Below, in pieces: positions 14,416 through 27,987 of a stretch of 64,000 nucleotides of DNA. The stretch lies in assembly GCF_009914755.1 (NCBI RefSeq), contig NC_060927.1; one strand, 5' to 3'. Numbering within the stretch: the stretch's first letter is position 1; each line of letters opens with the position of its first letter. This DNA comes from the human T2T-CHM13v2.0 reference genome, Homo sapiens. A model generated the notes under the pieces. That model searched no databases. It saw only the letters and a list, made by a program, of their open reading frames with translations, and had not been told where the DNA came from. A program made the position numbers and the translations under genes.

Positions 14416-17400
14416 AGATTCACCATCATTCACACACATAAAGCCTAGAATTATGAAATTTAAGCACTAAAAAAAGTTTTTCAGCCTCTTTAAACATAAA
14501 AAGTAGCTCTATTGAAGCAAAGGGAATTATAGTGCCTTACTCAAAAAATTACTTTGAGAATCAAATAATGTGTCTTAATGTCAATTCTTATTCATAGTGA
14601 TAGTCTCAATGCCTAAAACAAGTTTGTTTATCAATGAAATAAAGCAATCACAACATTCCCTTATTCTCTTTTTCACTCTAGCACACACAGTAATCCATTT
14701 AACCATCTTTACCTTTCACTGAGTTAAAAAATCAATCAATCAAAGATTAGCTGGCTCAGGCAAAGAAACAGGGGCTTCAAAATGATGGAATAGATTCTTT
14801 TGAAAAGTTGCATTTCTATGTTGGGATGCAGAAAGTGAAAAGTGGGAATGTGTATTTAATTAGCTACATAATATAGTCCATGTTCAGAGACTGGTATAGA
14901 GTCAGTACAAATAAATGTTAGTAATCAATGATGCTTTATCCAATGAATTTTTATTAAGTATGTTTCATTGTTTGCTTTAAATAATACATGAGCTTAATAT
15001 ATCCTGTAAATCTACTTATTAAGTGTGCACTATGCATTTGACTAAGCTATGAAAATTAATTAAAATTTAAATATACAACAATACATATACACATGAATAT
15101 ATATTCTTGATTTGGAACTCAAAAACAATGAATGAAAAAGAATGTATGCAAATGAAAATAACATAAAACAATAAAAGGTTGAAAAATGGGTTAATCCATC
15201 AAGAGCTCATCACAAGAAACTGTATTCAATGTATTTGTAACTATGTTACAGCAACAAGGTCAAGGAGTAGCTATGAACCAAATGAGAAGATTCAGATTGT
15301 TAAAGGTGGAATTCTAAGAGGAAAGAGTTAGGCAAGAAAGTTGCTGAAGTTCTGTAGGACTTGCTTTTGCTATACAGGGAACAATATAATTTTGAGAACG
15401 AGACTAAAATAAGAAAAAAGTAGGCACAGTGATTGCTGGGTTTAATGTGTTTAAACAACAGGCGGCTAGGTTATGAGGAACAGATGAATAGGAGATCATA
15501 ATTAGTTATTGTTATATTGAATATTAAAGTTTTGTGTGTTCAACTATTTTGTCTGATGGCAAGATCCAGTATATACCTATTGTCATACATAATTGAATAT
15601 GAAGAATAATATGGTTGAAGCCAAGTCAGTGGATGTGGTTTTTTTTAATACCCAAGATGAGTATCTGTGTACTTGTTTACCTGGAACAACCTGGTGTATA
15701 CTTGATGTCCTGACATAATTATCAGTAACACTTTTGTGTACTCTTGAAGTTTACTAATTTGAATACAAATGATATGATCATCTCCTCACTTTGGGTCAGT
15801 AGCAAATCACCATAACAATTTGGAAATAGCCAGGAATTCTTAAGAAAATAGAACAAAGGAGAGAAGTGGAAAATTGTAAGTTGATATTTTGAACAGGAGC
15901 TGAATGAAAACTTTTGCATGAAGGAGACAGAGTAACAGGGTGGAAGCCATCCAAACTTACCTCCTATTTTTTCTTAGCAGAGCTCTTTTTGGACAAGTCT
16001 GGTTTATTCTGTTATTGCAGTCCATGCCCTGTACTTTATCATGAACTTTATTCATACTATGCCCCTAAATGAAATAATTTTTCTCTTCTCCTTCTTCAAA
16101 ACAATTTCTTTAACCATTCAAAGCTTAGCTCCAAAATGACCTCAATAAAATACCTTGAAGAAATAGGAATAAACAGTCATCCAAATTCTTTAAGAAGGTT
16201 GCAGAATTTAATTTTTGTTGATCTTGTCCTGAAGAATACATACCAAGTCCCGGTGAATTTTTGATAGTCTCCAGTGACTGTTGAAAACTACAAAAATAGC
16301 CTAGTGAGAAATATTTGATGCTCATACTTATAATCAAATATAAATATCAGTTCAGCTCAGGATTGAACTATGTTTAATCTCTCCATACATACTAAGCTTT
16401 TATCTTTTAATAAAGAGACGGTAACTACATATGCTATATGAGTTTGTAGCTACATTTCTATAGAAACTATTAGCCTAATAAAGTTTATTGTATGACCTAT
16501 TTTGTATGTTCATACACACAGAAATACTAGTGGCTAGGTTAATGCCTACATTCTGAGAAGATATTCCTCAAGGAAGCATAATACAAGTGAAGAAGTATAC
16601 ATGTTCCCTTTTTGTTTGTAGTGTTGGATATTGTTTTGTTCGGTTTTGTTTGTTCTGGGGTTAGGCAAGCTCCCTTTCTGTACTGCAAAGTTATAAAATT
16701 TATCTTTAAAGACTTTATCTTATTTATTTTTAATATCACATAATAGTTGCCTACAGTTGATAAGGCTCGGGAAGTATCACCTGCTAATGCCCTCTGCTGG
16801 TAGAACCTTATGAAAGATATTTCTGCATTTGAGAATAGTTGTTCAGTACTGTAATTCATTACTAAAAATCCCTTAACATTATGAGCAACAAAAACAATTT
16901 CTCATATTTATATTAACCATCTTTAAAAATGGTCTATAATTATATAAAGGCAGTCTTATTTCTTTGAAAAAAATTTTAAAGGACATGAACATCATATGAT
17001 TCTTTCTCTTAAGAAGTTCTGTTCATTATATTAATGATTCATGGATGACTTCTTTAAGAGAAATAATTTCACTTGCTTACAGTATATTTTCTATTTTTAT
17101 TGCAAATAGATATACTTTTGACAAAAGTTGTAAGTAAATAACTAGCCTTTTTTCAAAAAATTAAAATACATGGCTGGACTAAATTATAAGAAGATATTAT
17201 CTTTTAATCATAATAATATCTCCTTAGCTGACAATTCTATTATTACTTTTAGATGATGTATCAATTGAAACCCAAATATTATGTGTATTTGCTTTTTAAG
17301 AGACTCATTAAAATTGCACAAATTTGATGAGTGACTAGAGAGTTTTGAAGTGAACTAAATGACGTGTTAGAATTTTAAAATAAACCAAGGTTAGTGTTAA

Positions 17401-17728
17401 AAATTTACCAACACAAATTTCTTTCATAGCAATAATATTTCTAGTACCTATTCTGATACTTTAAATAAACAACACAATCGTCTAAAAACTTTTATTATGC
17501 ATTACTTATACGCATAATATGATATAAAATTTAATCATTAAAACACTCTATATGAACTTCTTTTAATAAGTTTCAGTTAAACAAATTCTAACAACAATTT
17601 ACCTTTATTCTCTTCTCTGTTTCATTCCAATTCTTTATTTTTATAAATACAAGTCATGATGTACATACATGTGTTTGTGTGTGTATACTTTTTGACTACA
17701 TAGATGGTTTAAAAACCTCTGATATAAT

Positions 17729-19240
17729 TGTCATGGGATCCTTGGGGTGTTGCCTCACCATCAGGAAACCTCTGTGGCTAGTGGTGTCTTCTGCCTAAGT
17801 ATTGCTTGCACCTGCTGGACTCATTCTGCTCACTCAGCCCAGAAGGCTATCCTTGGCTCCTGTTAATGGCCAGGATCCCAGACCTGCCAAGGGCAAGCCA
17901 GTTGCAGAGCAGCTAGAGGTGTGTAGGCAAGTGAGTGCAGGTTCTGGCCACTGCACACAGCCAGGCACTCTGGCTGTTGCAGAGGGGCAAGGAGCCCTGG
18001 GAGCTGGCACAGGTGCCAGCTCTGTGCAAAGCTATGGCTGGACCAGATGCACGTGGCTGCTGCTTTGGGCAACTGCGTCTGGACAAGGCGAATGCAGTGT
18101 CACGCAGAAGCTTGGAGATGCCAAAGAAGGTGTCACAGCCCTCATGCAGGGAACCACTAGGTCTGGGCTCCCAGAAGAGCTGCAGTTCTGCTCTCTTTCT
18201 TGTTTCCCGCAACATGGCGAGTAGTGGTAGGGGGAGGATTTCAGCCCTGTTTGTGTTACAGCTATTCTAGTCCTGCCATGCAGCATGTCACGAGTTCTTT
18301 TCCCATGTCCGGGAAGAATGAGTGGACAACTGAAGGGTGAGCAAGGTAAAGACGAGCTTCCTTGAACAACAGAACAGTTCTCGGGAGACCCACAGTTGGT
18401 AGCTCCTATCTGCAGGCAAGTCATCCTGTCTGAGTGTACAGCTCTCAGCAAAGAGGAAACCCCCAGTGGGTAGATCCTCTCCGCAGGAAGGTTATCCCTA
18501 TGTCTACTCAAGTCTAACTGAGTCTGGCGTTTCTATGGGCTTCAGAAGGGAGGAAGTACATGCTGATTGGTCCATGGGTGGCCACGGGTGGGCCTTGAAA
18601 AAGCACCGTAAGTTATCACTCCAGAACTGGCAGCCTAGCCCCCAGGCCTCAGACCATCTTTGACCTGAAGGTGTGGTTTCACTGGGGACCCTCCCCATTT
18701 TGCCTGAGAGCCTATCTGCCTCTTGTCACCATCCATGGTGCCCAGGCTGCTCATGGCAAGAGGCACCTGTAGGCCCACGCTGAGCCACCCTCAGCCCCCA
18801 CCCCAGCCTCCCTCCTATGCTGGTCCACGCCCAAAGTCTGGGAGGGGCCGAGGTGACAGGTGGCTGGCATGTCAGCTCTGCCTTGAGATGTGCACACCTG
18901 GCCGGGTTGTGACTGTGCCTGGGCTCAGCTTTAACTTTGCTCTGAAATCCGTGCTGGGGGTGGGGAGAGGCCAGGCAGCAGAAGCAGGCACTTCCAAGCC
19001 TGCAGTGCAGGGAGGCTTCCCGCCCCTGAAAGTGCAGAGATGCCTGGGTCTGCAGGGGCAGCTGAGTGGCAGCAGCTGTGCCTTGGAGGGCAGGGATCCC
19101 ACCCGTCCAAGTTGGAAGTGGACGGAGTTCTCACCTGTTCCTGGCTCTTGTCGGATCCACGGAGAATGCAGCCCTGGCTGTGCCTGCCACACTGCAGTCA
19201 GCATGGCAGCAGCTGGTCCAGACCTCTGCTGCTGCCATCA
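17729..19240 (-). mobile_element. MER52-like ERV1 solo LTR (1.5 kb, GC-rich)
   Basis: Reverse complement runs TGATGGCAGCAGC...ACACCCCAAGGATCCCATGACA; perfect 4-bp TSD TAAT (17725-17728, 19241-19244). Confidence 0.85.
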
Positions 19241-19253
19241 TAATCACCGGCAT

Positions 19254-19702
19254 CAGCACTATTCACAGTAGCAAAGACATGGAATAAAGCTACATGTCCA
19301 TCAATGATAGATTGGATAAAGAAAATGTACTTATGCACCATGGAATACTATGCAGCCATTAAAAATTAGATCATATATTTTGCAGGAACGTGGATGGGGC
19401 TGGAGGTCATTATCCTTAACAAACTAACACAGTAACAGAAAACCAAATACTGCATGTTCTCACTTATAGGTGAGAGCTAAATGATGAGAAGACATGGACA
19501 CATAGAGGGGAACAACACACACTGGTTTATTGGAAGATGGAGGATAGGAGGAGAGAGAGGAACAGGAAAAATAACTAATCGTTATTAGGCTTAATACCTG
19601 GGTGCTGAAAAAGTCTGAACAAGAAACCCCCATTTGTTACATTTTTCTGTGTAACAAACTTGCACATGTACCCCTGAATTTAAAATAAAAGTTAAAAAAA
19701 AA
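19254..19702 (+). mobile_element. L1PA13-15-like 3' end
   Basis: 'aggaaaaataactaat...taggcttaatacctgggtg...cacatgtacccctgaa' followed by poly(A). Confidence 0.88.
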
Positions 19703-20409
19703 ATCTGGCATCCTATTAGCCTCACTTTTTCCCTCAGTACAAATTCCTTCAATATAAGAACTGTTTGAGTTTTAGCTTCTCAATATTGTATCATAATTAT
19801 CGCAACTTTTTTCGTAATTAATTGTAAGTTTATAAACTTATTATTAGTTAACATAATTTGGCTCTTCACCAAATTGTTAGTAATGCCAAGATTCCAGATT
19901 TAATCTTTTTAATTCTGACATTTTGATAGCCTGGCTTTAGGATGGGAATTGGGGAGACCTATACCAGATGTTATTCCCAAGGAAACTACTGGAAATTGTA
20001 AACTTTAGCAAGATAAGCAAGATGTATTTTGGAGAGATGATGTGAAGACTGAAAAAATAAGGCTTCTCTTAAAGGGCTAGTAGTATATTTTCCTATTCAC
20101 GTGTGATATCAACGAATTGCATATAGTTAATTGCATTGTTTAGAATATTGCGAAAAAATGCTTTAAAATTAATTTTTCCTATAGAGTTACAAAATAATAT
20201 TTGAGTCACCTATTTTTAGCTAGTAAACATAAAATTTCAAATCAGTTTAGTCTTTAAATATTACACTTGAATGATGACAGACCTATAACTTACAGCTATT
20301 TATTTTCACTCAAATCATTCCAGAAAGTATTTAATATTATTGAATAGCTCCATAACTTTAAATGACAGTAAAATAATACAGGTAAGTAGTTACAAGCGCA
20401 TGGTAGACA

Positions 20410-20620
20410 TTTCAGTCAGCCAAGCTTGAGATTTAATCTCATTTCAGCCATGTTGTGAGTGTGTGTTGTTGGCCAGGGTTCCCGATCAATCAGTATATTT
20501 TTGCACTGCATCAAATGGGTACATAATTGTGTTCTAGAGGAATTACCTTAGTGATTATATGAAATAACAATAATCACTTAGAGCAATTCTGGTACCTAGT
20601 AAACACTCCATTAAAGATAT
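20410..20620 (+). mobile_element. MIR SINE remnant
   Basis: Decayed core ('aaatgggtacataat') and 3' end 'cttagagcaattctggtacctagtaaacactccattaaa'. Confidence 0.55.
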
Positions 20621-20644
20621 TCATTCCATGTTTCTTTCCATGCA

Positions 20645-21370
20645 AGCTAATTTTTTATTGAATGCCAGACATTTTAAATTTTATGTCACTGGGATTTAAT
20701 GAAAAAAAATTTTTTGAAATGTGTCTCAGGATTCAGTTAAATTACTCAGAAACAGTTTTATTCTTTTGATGCTTGATTTTATGCTTTGGTAGCCAAGTCC
20801 AGAATAACTTTTAATCTAGAATTTATTCAGCCATACGAAGGACTCTACTTGATAATCCACGTGTCATTAGAATGTTCCACTCTGGTTGTTCAGATGACCC
20901 ACTTCCAGCCCTATGTGATCTCCAGTAATTGTTCTGCTTGTTCCTTTCCAGTGGTCTTTCCTTGGTCATGAGATTCCTCATGAGTATGTGCCAATCCACA
21001 TTCAGAAGGAGATGTAATTTATCTGCAGACCTCTGGAGCTCTCTCTCTCTCTCTTTCCTGTCTAAAATTCTGTTTTGTGAATTCTAGCCAAGTTGGCCTT
21101 CCCGAACTCTATACTCTGTCTCCTCATCTTATGAAGATTAGCATGCTCCAGTTTGGGCAACCTGTCTTGCACTACAGCCTAAAAATTTTATACAAGAATT
21201 GGGCCAGAACAATCTTAGGTATCGTGTTATTTATTTTCTTTATTTCGCTGGCCTAAGAGTCACGTTGACTAATGAAAGGAAAATAAAAGGGGCTTCTTAA
21301 ACTTGGTAGTTTTTTAGTTGTTAAAGATGGGAGGTAAGTCTAGTTCCAGTTATAATATCATGGCTAAAAC
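20645..21370 (-). mobile_element. Old L1M 5'-region fragment
   Basis: 'tattgaatgccagacattttaaatttta', 'cagttaaattact...aaacagttt' and 'ctgcagacctctggagctctctct' resemble antisense old L1M. Confidence 0.5.
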
Positions 21371-22461
21371 CATGTTAATATAATGATATCTTAAAAACAC
21401 TTTATTTTCTTTGAGATATATATTGGCTTTACTTCCTATTCTTTCAATCTCATTACCCACAAATCTCTATTTCTATTGTTAAAGGTTTTGCACATCCTTC
21501 TGAAACAATTCTGTATAAAAATAAATAAAAAGAGAAAAGACTTTGAATAGGGCAATGTATCATGCAATACTAATTTTATAATATTTTTATTACTTTCAGG
21601 TGTTACCTTTGTTAATTCTTCCTTTCTTCAGGATAAGGTGTTTCTTCTGAGGCTTTCTCCCTGGATTCTTGAACTGAATGCTTTTTCAAAAATTATTTTC
21701 CATATTTTTTAGCTTTTGACTAAATGCATTCAAGGATTCACCTTTCTGGCCTTTAGAGGAATAACTTTATTGCTCTTCTTACATTTATTTTATTCTATCT
21801 CCTGATTCAATTCTCTTTTAAGTTTCATGGCACTGTCAGTAAAACCTCCCATTTCCATTTTTCTTTCTTATTAGACACTCCATCTTAACGTCCTCTTTTT
21901 ATGGCTGGAAAGTTTAGCTGTTTAAGAGTATAGTTACATATCAGTGGAACTATATTTATTTCAGGTTTCCAATGGTTATAAGTGGCATAATCTTAGGTCT
22001 CCCGGGCATGTATGTAAGGTTATAATGCCTCAAGTACATTTCAGTCTCTCTTCTTCCGTAAAGACTGAGTTTATTAAGTTAGTGGGAGATAAATATAGTT
22101 CTTCAAAATAAATATTTTAGAAGAATCACACAATATAGTCTGTATGAAAAATCCTTAAAGAAAAATTATAACTTTGTGCCTGCTTTAAAAAATAAAAACA
22201 TTGCCCTGATTATATTAAAAGCTTCTATCCTGTAATTATATTATGTTTTAAATACACATTACCATCTGATTCATCCTGGATTCTCAATTATTTTTCTTCT
22301 GAGTCCCCAAATAGAATCTATTTTATCTCAATAGAAGTACAGATGTGTTTCCATTTCTCAAAAAGGTTTTTCTCTTCATTTTAATGAGGCTTGGAAAAAA
22401 ATAAATTCAGGTGGTCAATCAGCTCTATTAATTCATAAATTTCAGAATCTTGAAAAATACC

Positions 22462-22871
22462 TGTAGGGGGTGTTCTGTACCACAGAAATTCCTATTCAAT
22501 ATCAAGACACATTCTCTCAGCTGCTGGAAGAGTGGATTATGTCTCATTTCAGAAATTTCCCTCTGCTAAACAAAGCTGCCTTACCCTAGGTTCTACCCTC
22601 TCTCTCAGGTATCTCTCTTTAATCTAATGACTGGTGCAATTGCACAGCACCTTTGCCTTGACACATGCCAATTCTGAAGGGCCTGAGAACTCCAGAGTTC
22701 TCTGTTGCATCTGTTTAAGCTTTTGCTACAATTTTATTGCAGTCCAACTTCTCCCTTTGCAAATCCTGCTTCCCCACTTACTCACAAGGGTGGTTGCGAA
22801 GCTTGTTACAAACTTTGTTCACGCAAAATTCCATCTTAGTGTCTGTTTCCTTTAAATCCTAACCTAAGACA
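22462..22871 (+). mobile_element. LTR16-like ERVL solo LTR
   Basis: TGTAG start; 'caacttctccctttgcaaatcctgcttcc'; end 'gtgtctgtttcc...aacctaagaca'; flanked by direct repeat AAATACC. Confidence 0.75.
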
Positions 22872-23399
22872 AAATACCTGATCAATTTTTATGCTAAATA
22901 TATTTTGCACAAATTTTCTGACTTACAGTCCTCATATTTATTAGTACATATTTATCAGTATTTTTGCCCACTCTTCCACTCTTGTTGCAAAGTTTTAAAA
23001 TGTGGTATATCTTTAATTTTAATATTAATGTGTTCAGAAACCTGAGTTTTATGTTTGATCTCTTTTCTTTTTTCAAACAATTTAATAGATTAATTATTCC
23101 CCTTCTCAATTATCCTAATTTCACATATTCCTTTTATCTTAAAAAATGCTCCTCTATCTTTCATTATCTTTTAGCTATCCCTATCTCATTAACTCCCCTC
23201 ACAAACTTTGCAAAAAGTGGTTTATACTAAAGTAATTTACACTCACTTTCCCAGAAATCTAATTTTTACACAAACCTATGATTAAAATTCCCACTCCATT
23301 AACAAGTAACTTTTTCATAAAACAGATCACATTAAGTATGTATTTTGTTTAATTCCCCTAGTTCTCACTCCCCTTTTCTGGGAACCTCTTTCCTTCCTT

Positions 23400-24190
23400 G
23401 ATTTTTATTAAAACCCTTTTTTATCTGGACACTTTATCTCAATTTTTTAACCCTTTGTATCTATTTCCATTTCATAAATACTGGCATTTCTCAAGCATCC
23501 AACCATGTTTCTCTTCCCTTCCCATCTATACAATTTTTAAATAACTGACTGTAGCCACTATGCTGATGACAGTCAAATCTATACAATTTGTCTGGATCTC
23601 ACACCTCGGTTTCAGACCCAAATTTCCAATTTAAATTTACCACCTCCAATTTGATAATCATGAACATCTCACAGTTAACTTGCCAAGAAAACAGTTTCTG
23701 CTTTTTCTCTCAAAAGTGAACATTTTATTTTATTGTTTCCTACAGTAAAGGACTTCAATATTTGCATAATTATTCAAACAAGATCATTGTAAAGTATCGT
23801 TTCTCTCTTTTCTAATCAATCATCAAAGCAAATCAAGAACTTAATTAACTATTCAGCTTGACTCACTTAGTTCCATTTCTTGCTATAATGTTTAAAACTC
23901 TGCCCCTGAGATTGTTCATTTCTATTACTACAACTACCTTTAAATTTCTGTTTATGGCTACATCCTTTCCAACCCTTCAATACATTCTCAATAGCGCTAT
24001 GAAGTGATTTACATTCTAGTATCTAAAATTATTTTTGTTAGTAAAATCTATACTGTCACTTCACTTTGTACAGGAATACGTCTAGGGTTTTTGTTTTGTT
24101 TTGTTTTGTTTTATTTTAGCAGGGCATATAATTCCATCATGATCGGGTCCTTTCAAAAACTTCTAATCTCACTTCAGGGTGTGCTGCCTA
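23400..24190 (+). mobile_element. L2 LINE fragment
   Basis: 'tatgctgatgacagtcaaatctata' (YADD region of the L2 RT) with downstream L2-like pyrimidine-rich sequence. Confidence 0.6.
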
Positions 24191-25984
24191 CTCTCCAATT
24201 TAAAAATGATTACAAAAACAGAAATTAGAGGAGGGGCTTCAAGCGGTTGACAACAGGCATTTTGTATTCTTAACCTCAATGAAGAAGAACCAAAATAGTG
24301 AATATATAATCACATTTCAAATATATCATCCAAGAGAAAACACTGAAATTCAAAAGAAAAGTGACAGGAAATACCTAAAGTAAAGAAAGAGGGTGGTGAG
24401 GTAGCTTGCATGGCCAGGGCTGACTGGGAGCTGAGACAGACTCCCAAGTGTGGGAATAAATGAGAGAAGAGTAAATGTGAGATCCTCAGTGGCCCACATT
24501 CCTCCTGTGGACTCCTGCAATCTTAACCACGGGAGAGCCCCTTCACACTCAAGGGCCCTGGAACTAACATAGAGAGCTGCTGGTAGATTATATGATGGCA
24601 CTACTCCAGCGAGGGAGCTCACGCTGGGTCCCACATGCTTTCTGAGATCTAAGCAGCTTTAGCAAGATGCCATTTTAGAGCCCCATCCCAACAGACTATG
24701 CACTGTCTTGGAGCCCAGCTGAACTGGGATTGACCACAAGAGAAGTACTAGTTGGTGCCCCATGGTTAATTTGCAAGTGAGGCATGGTTTACCACCATTG
24801 GGGTTAAGTCACAAAAAAAAAAGCAGGCTACTGCCTCCTGGCCTAAAGCTCAAGAGTCAGAGCTGAGGCATAGGCAATGTGAACATTCCCCACCCACTGC
24901 CATAAGCTGCCACCACTAACAGCAGTTCAGCTCTCCTCAGTGGCAGAACAACAATGTGGCCATTGCTACCTGTCATCTGAGTATTCTGCTGGTGGCATGG
25001 AGATCACCTTGCCCCTCCTACTATGGTTGTTGCCTGCACACACACCTGGCGGGGCCTCAGGACAAGTTGACCCAGGCTGGCTTTGTCCCCCAATGCCAAA
25101 ACACATAATCTAGGGGCCAGGGGATGGCCTAGCTCAGTCCAACATTGTTATATTCTGAGCACTTTTCCTGGAAACCTGAGGTTGGGCTTGCTCACCTTGC
25201 TGCTACCACCACTACCACCACAGCTGACACTTACATGCACGCAACATCAGCGGGCCTGGAGATAGGCCCATCAAGCCCACAGAAGCTATTGCCAACACCA
25301 GTGTGCATAGCCCAAAACCAAGAAGATTGTTCTGCCACTGCCACTGCCATTACCAGATCCCCAGGGTCTTGAGAACCCACTCACCCACCTCGCATATAAC
25401 TGCCACAACTGGAATCTGAGTAAGTCACCTGGAGGCCCAAAAATAACCCTCCTGGACCTGCTGACACCAGTGTCAGTGTGCACTGCCCTGGGGCCCAAGA
25501 AAAAACACTCTCAGCCCAATGCTGCTACCACTAAGCCTGAAGTCTGGCCTACCTGGCATCCCATTTCCCAGCAAGACATCACCACAGCCTCCGCTAATAA
25601 TTGCTCCCTAAAACACCAAGGAAATCACAAGCATGAATGATACTATTTATAGCTAAAGAAGTCATACAGAGACTACACTACTGCACACACATCCCAAAAG
25701 GCCCAAATGCCCTACCCAACCAACACCATAGACACGAATTCAGGATAAAGTTGTCCCCTATAAATACAAATTCATATAACTGGAAGAAGCAACTGTTACA
25801 CCAGAAGCACAAACATCAATGTAAAGACACAAGAACCATGATAAAGCAAGAAAAAAAAAGACCACTTCTTTACTTGATAGTAAAGAACCTCAATGAGATA
25901 AAAAAAATCTGAAAAACAAAACAAAGAAATCAGAAAAACTATTCAGAATATAAATGAGAAATTTATCAAAGTGATAGCTGTCAT

Positions 25985-26265
25985 AATGCTGGTAATCCCA
26001 GCACTTTGGAAGGCTAAGGCAGGTGGATCACCCGAGATCAGGAGTTTGAGACCAGCGTGGGCAACATTGTGAAACCCTGGCTCTACAAAAAATAGCCAAG
26101 CATAGTGGCACATGCCTATAATTCCAGCTACTTGGGAGTCTGAGGTGGGAGGATCACTTGAGCATGGGAGGCAGAGGTTGCAGTGAGCTAAGATGATGCC
26201 ACTTCACTCCAGCCTGGGCAACTGAGTAAGACCCCATCCAAAAAAAAATAGGAAAAGAAAAAAAG
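25985..26265 (+). mobile_element. AluJ, 5' end decayed
   Basis: 'gtaatcccagcactttgg...ggaggatcacttgagc...ctccagcctgggcaac' followed by an A-rich tail. Confidence 0.9.
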
Positions 26266-27987
26266 AGTCAAACAAAAATTATGAAACTGAAAAATTAATT
26301 GAATGAAATGCAAAATATATTCTGAAGCTTCAACAATAAACTAAGCAGAAGAAAGAATCTCAGAACTTGAAGGCAAGTCTTTTGAAATAACCCAATAAGA
26401 AAAAAATATAAAAAACACAACAAAAAAGAATGAGCAAAGCCTTTCTGATGTAGGGGAAAACTTAAAGCAACCAAATACTTGAATTATTAGGGTCTAATAA
26501 GAAGAAATAATGAATAGATTAAGAAATTTATTTAACAAAATAAAAACTTCTCAAGTCTAGCAAGAGATTTGGACATTCAGATATAGGAGTTTCTTAGAAC
26601 CCCAAATAAATACAATACATATAGATCTTATCTACAACATATTTTAGTCAAAATGTCTAAAGTCAAAGACAAATAATGCTATAAATAGTAAGCGAAAGCA
26701 TCCACTCACCTATGCAAAACAAAAACAAAAACAAAAACAAAAACTCTCATCAAACTAATAGCAGATTTCTCAGTAGAGAGTTTATAGGCCAGTAGGCCAG
26801 GAGAAAATGGAATAATACAATCAAATTGCTGAAAGGAAAAAGTGCTGCAAGGATATTATATTCTGCAAAACTATCCTTCATAAATGAAAAAGAAATAAAG
26901 TCTTTCGCAGACCAGTAAATACTGAAAAAAATTTTTAGCCACTGCCTGGCTCTACAAGAAATGCTCAAGTGTGTCCTAAACCTAGAAGTGGAAGAATTGC
27001 ATCTACTATCATGAAAATACATGAATGTATAAAACTTAGTCATAAAATGAACACACAAATGAGGAAGAGGATACAAATTGTACCGCTATAGAAAACCACC
27101 AAAGTACAATGATGAAAATTAAGGGTAAAATAAAGGAACAAAAGTATTGAAGACAATTAAAAATATAACAGGAACAAAGTCTCATAACCTTATATTATAT
27201 CAATAATTAGCTTTGCATATAAATAGATTAAATTCTCCACTTGAAAGACATAGACTGAACAAACAGATTTTTTTTAAAAAAGGAGGAAAAAAACCCACAT
27301 GACCCAACTATATGATGCTTACAAAAAATACACTTTACATGTAAAGACACATATAGGCTGAAAGTAAAGGAGTAAAAAAAATATTTTATGAAAATGGAAA
27401 CTAAAAGCAAACAAAAAACAGACTTTACAAAGAGTAAATTTTAAAAAGACAAAGAAAGTCATTACATAATGAAAAAGAGATCAATCCAGCAAGAAGACAT
27501 GACAATTCAAAATATATATGCACTCAACATATGTGAGCACCATTGTGAGCACACAGATTCATAAAGCAAATACTGCTAGATCTAAAGAGAGAGAGATAGA
27601 TTCCACTACAATAATAATGATTGACTTCAACAACCCACTCTTAGCATTAGACCCATTATCAAGATAGAAAAGATACAAAGAAACATTGGTTTTAAACTTC
27701 ATTTTAAACCAAGCTGACCTAACATACATTCGTGGAACATTCTACCTGACAACTGCAGAATATATATTCTTCTCAACACATGCAACATTCTCCAGGAAAG
27801 ACTATATGTTACATTACAAACAAGTCTCAATGTTTCCTTAAATGAAATCATATCAAATATCTTCTCAGATCACAGTGGAATGAAACTAAAAAACAATATC
27901 AAGAGGAACTTTAAAAATTATATAAGTACATAGAATTTAAACAACTTGTTCCTCAATGATGATTGGGTCAATGAAAACATAAAATTG

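Noticed and set aside
17802-19287. Cluster of overlapping ORFs up to 182 aa
   Set aside because: They lie on both strands of the GC-rich MER52-like LTR; stop-poor composition explains them and no domain is recognisable
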